From NCBI GenBank assembly GCA_003133025.1, contig PKZK01000014.1:374-17205 (forward strand): a stretch of 16,832 bases of DNA, in the 5' to 3' direction. Made by a program: the position numbers and the translations under genes. The notes beneath the pieces were generated by a model. It saw only the letters and a program-made list of their open reading frames with translations. It was not told the DNA's origin and did no database searches. This DNA comes from Vulcanimicrobiota bacterium. GTDB lineage: Bacteria > Vulcanimicrobiota > Vulcanimicrobiia > Vulcanimicrobiales > Vulcanimicrobiaceae. Below, one piece after another: positions 7,082 to 13,901 of this stretch. Within the stretch, counting starts at the first letter, position 1, and every line of letters begins with the position of its first letter.

Positions 7082-7857
7082 GCAACGCCGCAAACGGCGA
7101 AGCACGCGTCGTCCTGCGCGGACTGCGCAAGCGCTTCGCCACCGGAACGGCCGCGCTCGACGGCATCGATCTCGACATCGCCGACGGCGAGTTCGTAGCG
7201 ATCGTCGGGCCGAGCGGCTGCGGTAAGACGACGCTCTTGCGGATCGTGGCGGGGCTCGAAAGCGCGAGCGAGGGCAGCGTGCTCGTGCGCGCGGCAGACC
7301 GGCCCGGCGGCTTGGCCTCCGCGATCGTCTTCCAAGGCGCGTCGCTGTTTCCGTGGCTGCGGGTGCGCGACAACGTGACGGTCGCGCTCGACCGGCTCGG
7401 ACTCGATCGCGCCGAAGCGCGCCACCGCGCCGACGAACAACTCGCGCGCGTGGGGCTCGAAGAGTTTGCCGGCGCGTTTCCGCACGAACTCTCCGGGGGC
7501 ATGCAGCAACGCGTCGCGGTCGCGCGGGCCTTCGCGGTGGACCCGGAGATTCTGTTCCTCGACGAACCCTTCGGCGCGCTCGACGAGCAGACGCGCGTGG
7601 CGCTGGGCGCCGAACTCGCACGCATCTGGGAGAGTTCGCGCAAGACCGTGCTCTTCGTGACGCACGGCATCGAAGAGGCGCTCGCGCTCGCCGACCGGGT
7701 CGTCGTGCTCAGCGAACGGCCCGCGCGCATCGAGCGCATCGTCGAGGTGCCGTTTGCCCGCCCGCGAGACGTGGTCGCATTGCGCGCGCGGCCCGAGTTC
7801 GGCGCGCTCGCCGGCACGATTTGGGAAGCGCTGCGACCCACCTTGCGTGGGCGCTGA
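7078..7857 (+). CDS. NitT/TauT (SsuB/TauB-like) ABC transporter ATP-binding protein; probable ATA start
   Basis: Walker A GPSGCGKT, signature ELSGGMQQR, Walker B ILFLDEPFGALD, H-loop FVTH. No in-frame ATG/GTG/TTG between the FAH stop and Walker A. In-frame ATA 7078 overlaps the FAH TAA. Confidence 0.92.
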   Translation: MSNAANGEARVVLRGLRKRFATGTAALDGIDLDIADGEFVAIVGPSGCGKTTLLRIVAGLESASEGSVLVRAADRPGGLASAIVFQGASLFPWLRVRDNVTVALDRLGLDRAEARHRADEQLARVGLEEFAGAFPHELSGGMQQRVAVARAFAVDPEILFLDEPFGALDEQTRVALGAELARIWESSRKTVLFVTHGIEEALALADRVVVLSERPARIERIVEVPFARPRDVVALRARPEFGALAGTIWEALRPTLRGR

Positions 7858-8632
7858 GGTGCGCCGGGCCAACGCGCCGGCGGCGGGCGTGGAACGCGCG
7901 CTGCGCGTGCTCTCGCCGCTCGCGCTCGTCGCATTGTGGGAGCTGGCGGTGCGCGTGCACCTGCTCGACGCGCGCTTCTTTCCCGCGCCCAGCGCCATCG
8001 CCGCGAACTTCGTCGACTTTGCGGCGAGCGGTGCCCTCGCCGCAAATCTCGGCATCACGCTCGAGCGCATCGCGGCGGGCCTCGCGCTCGGCGGCATTCC
8101 GGGCGTCGCGCTCGGCCTGCTGATCGGCGTCAATCGCTGGGCGCGCGCCTTCTTCGAGCCGCTGATCGCGCTGCTCTATCCGATTCCGAAGATCGCCTTG
8201 ATTCCGCTCGTGCTCTTGATCTTCGGCCTGGGCGAAGCCGGCAAGTACGCGTTGATCGCGATCGGCGTGTTTTTCGTGATGGCCATCAACACCGAAGCCG
8301 GCGTGCGCCAAATCGCGCCCGAGTTGCTCGAAGCGGCGCGGGCCTTCCGCTTGCGCGCGGGCACGCTGTACGCCAAAGTGCTCTTGCCGGCCGCACTGCC
8401 CAACATCTTCGCGGGCCTGAAGCTCTCGATCGGCATCGCGATCGTGCTCGCGGTGGCCGCCGAACTCCGCGCCGCAAATTCGGGGCTCGGCTTCGTGATC
8501 TGGAATGCGTGGGAGACGTTGCAAGTCGAGCGCATGTACGCCGCGCTCGTCGTGGTGTCGCTTCTGGGTTACGGGCTTTCGCTCGCGGGCGACGCGCTCG
8601 AACGGGTCGCGCTGCCTTGGCGCGGCCGATAG
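7847..8632 (+). CDS. NitT/TauT ABC transporter permease
   Basis: FPAPSAIA, YPIPKIALIPLVLLIFGLGE, EAA loop LLEAARAF, LPAALPNIFAGLKLS, AAELRAANSGLG. Start is GTG 7847 or GTG 7859. Confidence 0.93.
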   Translation: MGAEVRRANAPAAGVERALRVLSPLALVALWELAVRVHLLDARFFPAPSAIAANFVDFAASGALAANLGITLERIAAGLALGGIPGVALGLLIGVNRWARAFFEPLIALLYPIPKIALIPLVLLIFGLGEAGKYALIAIGVFFVMAINTEAGVRQIAPELLEAARAFRLRAGTLYAKVLLPAALPNIFAGLKLSIGIAIVLAVAAELRAANSGLGFVIWNAWETLQVERMYAALVVVSLLGYGLSLAGDALERVALPWRGR

Positions 8633-10335
8633 TACTGCACTTCCTCTTCGGTCACGTCGCGTAAGAACTGCCACACCGGAAAGAGCATCAGCGCCAGGTC
8701 GTGCGGCCGAATCTCGTCGAGCGCCCGCACGAGCACGAAGGCATCGTCTCTCCACACGCAGAGCGGGATGCAGCCCGCGGCGGGAGGCGGTTTGACGGCC
8801 TCGTCGTGCCGCTGTTCGAAGATGCCATAGGGCCGGGAATCGATCTCGACGCGGCCGCGCGCGCCGCCGGCGGCGGCGAGTGCCGAAAGCACCGGCGACA
8901 TCAGGCCCGCCGTGCCGTACGTATGGTCGATGCCGAAGTGGCGCGTGATCGACTCGGCAAAGGCCGCTTCCTGACACCGCATCACGATCGGTAGGGAAGC
9001 GTTGCGCGCACGCGCGCCGAGCGCGACCTCCAGGTTCATCGTGTCGCTATTGGTCAGAGCGATCAGCGCCTCGGCCTCCTCGATGTTGCAGAGGTCGAGC
9101 GTCGCGTCGCGCGACGCGTCGCCCGTGAGCAGGTCGAATTGGCGCTCGCGCGATCGCTCGACGATCTCCGCTCTGGGCTCGAGTTCGATCACCACCACCT
9201 GACGCTCCAGCTTGAGCAGAAAATCGATGACCCGCGAACCCACGTTGCCCGCGCCGCAGACGATGACGTGCCCGCGCCTGCGCACTTGCCGCAAACCCTG
9301 CACCGCAATGAACTGCGCTTGCGCGAACTTCGAAGCCAAGATTGCCACGAAGATGCCGGAGATGGTTATCCCGGCGAGCATCAGCAGCATGGCGGCGACT
9401 TCGCCGAGCGGCCCGGCGCTGCGCGGCGTGATGTCGCCGTATCCGGTCGTGGTCATGGTACTGATCACGAAGTACATGGCGGTCAGCGGACTGACTTTGA
9501 GCAAGAACGCGAACAGCACCGACCCGAGTACGAAGACGGCGATCGCGACGACGAGCGCGGCGCGCGCGATCGGATCGAGTTGGCGAAAGACCCGATCGAC
9601 CGCCCAGCTCGCATCGCGCCAACTCGTCCGTCGGCGCGACAGTGCCGAGATGCGTTGCGGCGGCGTCGAGGCGCGCACGCAGCCGAAGGTGACGAGGACG
9701 TCGCCTCGCTCCAGGCGCAGCTCGGCGGGCGGCGCGACCGTTGGTCCGGCCGCGAGGATCCGTTCGTCGAGCGCGCGTTCCGCCTGCGTCACGGTCATGC
9801 CGGCGACGCCGGCATCGGCCGCGGAGCGTCGCGCGAAACCGGCGAGCGGCCCGTCGATGTCGGGAAACTGCACCGCGTAGAAGCAATTGCCGTCGACCGC
9901 GGCGCCGGCGTAGGTGGCGGCGGCGTGCGAGGAAAGCGAGACGGCGGAGGTATCCTCGAGATTCTGCTCGATCTTGCGCCCGAGCGTTCTATTGTACTGC
10001 CGCAGCACTAAACGGATCGCGGGATTGAGGTCGCGTGCGCGCAGCGCGATTTGCAGATTGAGATGATCGTCGGAAGTGAGCGCGACGATCGAGCCTGCCT
10101 GCAATACCCCCGCACTGCGCAAGGACTCGTCGTCGTCGCCCGTGCGAACCACGAACGAAGCGCCGCAGCGCGCGACGCGCGCGGCCAACGCCGCGTCGTA
10201 CGTCCAAAGCAGCGTGACCGTTCGCGACCGGACGCGGCTCAATTCCTCGCACACGCGCAGTGCGAGCGCGTCGCCGCCGACGATGATGACGTTGGGGACG
10301 GCGGCCGGCCCGGCGTCCCCGGTTGCGTCGATCAC
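8569..10335 (-). CDS. TrkA/RCK-domain potassium channel (TrkA_N - 2TM pore - TrkA_N)
   Basis: Selectivity filter TMTTTGYGD between two hydrophobic helices. Two Rossmann-like RCK domains (VIIVGGDALALRV; HVIVCGAGNVGSRV...GDA). GTG start overlaps the upstream TGA. Confidence 0.9.
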   Translation of the reverse strand: MIDATGDAGPAAVPNVIIVGGDALALRVCEELSRVRSRTVTLLWTYDAALAARVARCGASFVVRTGDDDESLRSAGVLQAGSIVALTSDDHLNLQIALRARDLNPAIRLVLRQYNRTLGRKIEQNLEDTSAVSLSSHAAATYAGAAVDGNCFYAVQFPDIDGPLAGFARRSAADAGVAGMTVTQAERALDERILAAGPTVAPPAELRLERGDVLVTFGCVRASTPPQRISALSRRRTSWRDASWAVDRVFRQLDPIARAALVVAIAVFVLGSVLFAFLLKVSPLTAMYFVISTMTTTGYGDITPRSAGPLGEVAAMLLMLAGITISGIFVAILASKFAQAQFIAVQGLRQVRRRGHVIVCGAGNVGSRVIDFLLKLERQVVVIELEPRAEIVERSRERQFDLLTGDASRDATLDLCNIEEAEALIALTNSDTMNLEVALGARARNASLPIVMRCQEAAFAESITRHFGIDHTYGTAGLMSPVLSALAAAGGARGRVEIDSRPYGIFEQRHDEAVKPPPAAGCIPLCVWRDDAFVLVRALDEIRPHDLALMLFPVWQFLRDVTEEEVQYYRPRQGSATRSSASPASESP

Positions 10336-10517
10336 ATCTTGGGCTTCTCGTTGCCCGCGGCGATGCCGAGATTCACTTCGTCGATGGCTTCCTTGGTGAG
10401 GCCGATCGCCTTATCGCGATGTCCCGCCTTGTCGGCTTCGGCCGCTTGCAGCGCGCTTTGCGCCTTGGTCAGCGCCGTGAGGGCGGGAGCGAGAAGACGA
10501 CGGGTAAGGGCCTGCAT
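10332..10517 (-). CDS. Small helical protein (61 aa), paralogue of 10609-10872 missing the signal-peptide core
   Basis: GGAGGA RBS before ATG 10517. MQALTRRLLAPALTALTKAQSALQAAEADKAGHRDKAIGLTKEAIDEVNLGIAAGNEKPKM aligns with the neighbour (ADKAGHR/ADKGGYR, AI...LGI). Stop overlaps the channel start (GTGA). Confidence 0.75.
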   Translation of the reverse strand: MQALTRRLLAPALTALTKAQSALQAAEADKAGHRDKAIGLTKEAIDEVNLGIAAGNEKPKM

Positions 10518-10542
10518 TGTGCTAAGAGTCCTCCGCACGGAG

Positions 10543-10581
10543 AAAAAGTAACGCTGCGCCGCCCTGACGGCGGCGCAGCGT
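10543..10581 (-). terminator. Probable intrinsic terminator after the 10609-10872 gene
   Basis: Perfect 13-bp inverted repeat ACGCTGCGCCGCC (10551-10563) / GGCGGCGCAGCGT (10569-10581) with a 5-nt loop, followed on the minus strand by TACTTTTT. Confidence 0.7.
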
Positions 10582-10584
10582 GTC

Positions 10585-10616
10585 GTTCTCTGGAGCGGCG
10601 GCGTTTCCTTAGCGGT
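10585..10616 (-). promoter_or_regulatory. Bipartite element ACCGCTAAGGAA-N14-GAGAAC, copy upstream of the 61-aa gene
   Basis: 12-mer at 10605-10616 and 6-mer at 10585-10590 are identical in sequence and spacing to the copy at 10933-10964. Confidence 0.65.
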
Positions 10617-10872
10617 GCTGGTTGGCGTAGCGGATGCCGAGGTGCGTGTTGCGGATTGCGTCGGCCACGTCGTCGAGCGCGCGCTGACGGTAGCCGCCCT
10701 TGTCGGCGCTGGCCGCGTTGAGTTCGTTGCGCGCGGTGTAGAGCGCGTTGAGCGCGTTTTGCATGCGCGGCTGGTAGGTCTGCGCCAAAGCCGGAACGTT
10801 GAAGATCGAACCGGCAACGAGGCCGGCCAGGAAGAGGGCGGGGGAGATCAGGCGACGAGAATCGATTCGCAT
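10609..10872 (-). CDS. Small secreted helical protein (87 aa), QPxMxxAL...DKGG(H/Y)R type, function unknown
   Basis: GAAGGGA RBS before ATG 10872. Signal peptide MRIDSRRLISPALFLAGLVAGSIFNVPALA|Q; mature part YQPRMQNALNALYTARNELNAASADKGGYRQRALDDVADAIRNTHLGIRYANQHR. Confidence 0.85.
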   Translation of the reverse strand: MRIDSRRLISPALFLAGLVAGSIFNVPALAQTYQPRMQNALNALYTARNELNAASADKGGYRQRALDDVADAIRNTHLGIRYANQHR

Positions 10873-10932
10873 CGGTGTTCCCTTCATGGAATGGCAAGTG
10901 CTGGGCGGCGCAAGGGCGCCGTCTGCGGAAAG

Positions 10933-10964
10933 GTTCTCAGCGTGAGCGAGCATTCCTTAGCGGT
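10933..10964 (-). promoter_or_regulatory. Bipartite element ACCGCTAAGGAA-N14-GAGAAC, copy upstream of the 87-aa gene
   Basis: 12-mer at 10953-10964 and 6-mer at 10933-10938, with a 14-nt spacer that differs in sequence from the other copy. Confidence 0.65.
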
Positions 10965-10979
10965 CCGAGTGCGCAACGC

Positions 10980-11954
10980 GTGAACGTGACCACGCATAGG
11001 CGCGGCTTCGTGCTCGGCGTGGGCGCGGCGCTCGCCGCGCGCAGCCCGTTCGCGGCGGCTCTGGCCGCGGGCCGGACGCTCGGCGCGGGCTTCGTGCCCT
11101 CCACCCTGTTCGCGCCGCTCTTCGTGGCCCAAGATCGCGGCTATCTGAGCGCGGCCGGCGCGGCGACGACGCTGACCCCGATCGTGGCCGGTCAAGACGC
11201 GCTGGCCCTGCTCGCCACCGGGCGGCTCGACTTCATCGCGGCCGGGCTCTCCGCGGCCTTTTTCAACGGCGTCGAGCGCGGTCTCGAGGTGCGGCTGGTC
11301 GCATCGACCGGCTATCAGCCGCGTACCGGGCACCCCTCGGCGTTGATGGTGCGGCGCGATCTCTACGACGGCGGCCTGCGTGCCGTGCGCGACCTCCGCG
11401 GCAAGAAGATCGCCTTCAACGGCGGCGCCGGCGCGACGTCGGCGTACTACGTCGCGCGCATCCTACGCACGGCCGGCCTGCATCTGCGCGACGTCGAGAC
11501 GCTCAACATCAACGTGCCCGATCAGGGCGTCGCCTTCGAGCGCAAGGCGATCGACGCCGCGTTCACGTCCGCGCCCTCGACGCAAGCGTTCGCAGAGCAG
11601 AAGCTCGCGAGCATACTGGCCGGCCCACCCCCGGGCATCGCGGGCACGGGCATCTTCTTCGGACCCTCGCTGCTCGGCGATCCCAAGACCGCGGGCGCGT
11701 TGCTCGACGCCATCCGGCACGGCGCCGCCGACATCGCGGGCAAGGGCTATTTCGACGCGCGCAATCTGGCGACGTTCGCGCAATACACGCAGCAGCCGGT
11801 CGACGTGCTGCGCCGCAGCGGACGCTACGATTTCGCCAAAGACCTGCGCGTCGATCAAGCGACGCTGCTGGACATGCAACGCGAGTTCCTCGACCAAGGC
11901 ATCCTGACGTACAAGACGCCCCTCGACGAGCGCCGCCTCGTCGCCCGCTTCTGA
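10980..11954 (+). CDS. NitT/TauT (SsuA/NMT1-like) ABC substrate-binding protein, Tat-exported
   Basis: From GTG 10980 or 10986: twin-arginine signal THRRGFVLG...AALA. Family motifs APLFVAQDRGYL, ALLATGRLDF, VRDLRGKKIA, LRTAGLHLRDV, IDAAF. Confidence 0.9.
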   Translation: MNVTTHRRGFVLGVGAALAARSPFAAALAAGRTLGAGFVPSTLFAPLFVAQDRGYLSAAGAATTLTPIVAGQDALALLATGRLDFIAAGLSAAFFNGVERGLEVRLVASTGYQPRTGHPSALMVRRDLYDGGLRAVRDLRGKKIAFNGGAGATSAYYVARILRTAGLHLRDVETLNINVPDQGVAFERKAIDAAFTSAPSTQAFAEQKLASILAGPPPGIAGTGIFFGPSLLGDPKTAGALLDAIRHGAADIAGKGYFDARNLATFAQYTQQPVDVLRRSGRYDFAKDLRVDQATLLDMQREFLDQGILTYKTPLDERRLVARF

Positions 11955-12005
11955 GGCGTCAAAGCAGCATGCACGCAGAGAAGGGTTACTGACATCGGCA
12001 TCGTT

Positions 12006-12359
12006 TTGGCTCGGCTCGTCGCTTTGGCGCTCTGCGCGCTCGGCGTGGGCGCGATGGTTGCGCCGCGACCCTCGGCGCGTGGCTACGGCTTGCCCAGCAG
12101 CGACCCGACGGCGCTGACCTTCATCCGCGCGATGGGCGCGCGCGATCTCGTGCTGGGCCTCATCGTGGGCGCGCTGGCCAAGCCGGAGTCGCGCCCGGGC
12201 TTGAGCGCGACGATCGCGGCCACCACGCTGGTGGCGGCCGCCGACTTTTCGCTCGTCGCACAGAGTGAAACTCCGGAGGCGCGGACCGCGCTCAAAGTGC
12301 ACGGCGCCGGAATCGCCGGTTTGCTCGTCCTCTGGGCGATCTTGCGCTCCGGACGGTAG
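12006..12359 (+). CDS. DUF4267-like small membrane protein (start uncertain)
   Basis: Four hydrophobic stretches and the pattern P..SARGYGLP...GARDLVLG...D...H that I associate with DUF4267. Confidence 0.75.
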   Translation: MARLVALALCALGVGAMVAPRPSARGYGLPSSDPTALTFIRAMGARDLVLGLIVGALAKPESRPGLSATIAATTLVAAADFSLVAQSETPEARTALKVHGAGIAGLLVLWAILRSGR

Positions 12360-12450
12360 ACGCGAGCCCTTCCAGGACCGCCGCACGTGCGGGCGGTACG
12401 AGCCTCACAGCAGCCCACTCCCGCGATCTTGAGCTAGGAGCCCCCTTTCC

Positions 12451-13590
12451 ATGGTCATCGGCGTCCCCGCAGAGACGGCGCCCAACGAACGTCGCGTCGC
12501 GCTCGTCCCCGAGACGGTGGCGCGGCTGACGAAAGCCGGCCTCCAGATCCACGTCCAGCGCGGCGCGGGGTTGCCCGCGGCCTTCCTCGACGCCGCCTAC
12601 GAAGAGGCGGGCGCGGTGCTCGTGCCCGACGCCGCCGCGCTCTACGCCGGCGCCGACTTCATCGTCAAGGTGCAGCGCCCCAACGATGCCGAGTTGGAAT
12701 TGCTCGAGCCGGGGCAGACGCTGTTGGCCTTTCTCTCGCCGCTCGGCGATCCGGGCTACGTCGAGAAGCTCAAGGCGCGCAATCTGACCGCGCTCTCGAT
12801 GGATGCGATTCCGCGCATCACGCGCGCGCAGAGCATGGACGCGCTCTCCTCGCAAGCGAACATCGCCGGATACAAGGCCGTGTTGATCGCGGCGGACCTG
12901 TTGCCGCGTTTCTTCCCGATGCTGACCACCGCCGCAGGCACGATCCCGCCCGCGAAGGTGCTGATCCTGGGCGTCGGCGTCGCAGGCTTACAGGCGATCG
13001 CGACGGCCCGGCGCTTGGGCGCGGTGGTCACCGGCTTCGATACGCGCGCCGTCGTGAAAGAACAGGTCCAGAGCTTGGGCGCGAGCTTCCTCGAACTCGA
13101 CCTCGGCGTCGACGGCGAAGGCGCGGGCGGCTACGCCAAGGCGCTCACTCCCGAACAAGAAGAGAAGCAGCGCGGCTTATTGGCCGAGAAGATCGCGGGC
13201 TTCGACGTGGTCGTCTCGACGGCTGCCGTGCCCGGCAGACGCGCGCCGTTGCTGATCAACGCCGCGGCGGTGCACGGCATGAAGCCGGGCTCGGTGATCG
13301 TCGACCTCGCAGCGGAAACGGGCGGCAACTGCGAGTTGACCAAAGCCGGCGAAGTGGTCGTGGAGAACGGCGTCTCGATCGTCGGCACGACCAACTTGCC
13401 TTCGACGATGCCTTACCACGCGAGCCAACTCTATTCGCGCAACGTCTACACGCTGTTGCAACTGCTCGTCAAGGACGGCGCCTTGAACCTCGACATGAAC
13501 GACGAGATCGTCAAAGGCACGACGTTGACCAAGGACGGCGCGATCGTGCATCAACCCACCCTCGCAGCCCTCTCCGGGAGCAACGCGTGA
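12451..13590 (+). CDS. pntAA: NAD(P) transhydrogenase subunit alpha part 1 (dI, NAD(H)-binding)
   Basis: IGVPAETAPNERRVALVP, PRITRAQSMDALSSQANIAGYKAV, GVGVAGLQA, GGYAK, VDLAAETGGNCE. AGGAG RBS. Confidence 0.97.
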   Translation: MVIGVPAETAPNERRVALVPETVARLTKAGLQIHVQRGAGLPAAFLDAAYEEAGAVLVPDAAALYAGADFIVKVQRPNDAELELLEPGQTLLAFLSPLGDPGYVEKLKARNLTALSMDAIPRITRAQSMDALSSQANIAGYKAVLIAADLLPRFFPMLTTAAGTIPPAKVLILGVGVAGLQAIATARRLGAVVTGFDTRAVVKEQVQSLGASFLELDLGVDGEGAGGYAKALTPEQEEKQRGLLAEKIAGFDVVVSTAAVPGRRAPLLINAAAVHGMKPGSVIVDLAAETGGNCELTKAGEVVVENGVSIVGTTNLPSTMPYHASQLYSRNVYTLLQLLVKDGALNLDMNDEIVKGTTLTKDGAIVHQPTLAALSGSNA

Positions 13591-13901
13591 ACGCCCATCT
13601 CCTTTCGGAACTGACCGTCTTCGTGTTGGCGGTGTTCGTCGGCTTCGAGGTGATCTCGAAGGTGCCGACCACCTTGCACACGCCCTTGATGTCGGCCACG
13701 AACGCGATCCACGGCATCGTGCTCGTCGGTGCGTTGCTCGTGGCGATCGTGGCCGAACCGAAGCTCGGTCCGGTGCTTTCGGTGATCGTCGTCTTCCTGG
13801 CATCGCTCAACGTCTTCGGGGGTTACGTCGTGACGCAGCGCATGCTCGCCATGTTCAAACCGCGCGCGACGCCCGCACCGGGCGACGGGAGCAAGCGCTG
13901 A
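13587..13901 (+). CDS. pntAB: NAD(P) transhydrogenase subunit alpha part 2 (membrane)
   Basis: VPTTLHTPLMSATNAIHG and NVFGGYVVTQRMLAMF. GTGA overlap with pntAA. Confidence 0.96.
   Translation: MNAHLLSELTVFVLAVFVGFEVISKVPTTLHTPLMSATNAIHGIVLVGALLVAIVAEPKLGPVLSVIVVFLASLNVFGGYVVTQRMLAMFKPRATPAPGDGSKR

Noticed and set aside
10518..10817. N-terminal extension of the 161-aa ORF
   Set aside because: Off-frame overlap with the 87-aa gene and runs through the terminator; the RBS supports ATG 10517.
10605..10964. 12-bp direct repeat as a target-site duplication or att site
   Set aside because: No recombinase or transposase, and a second box at fixed spacing fits a promoter better.
12400..12450. Possible NAD+-I (nadA) riboswitch before pntAA
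   Set aside because: Only superficial A/C-rich resemblance; I could not build the nested helices. An Rfam scan would settle it.
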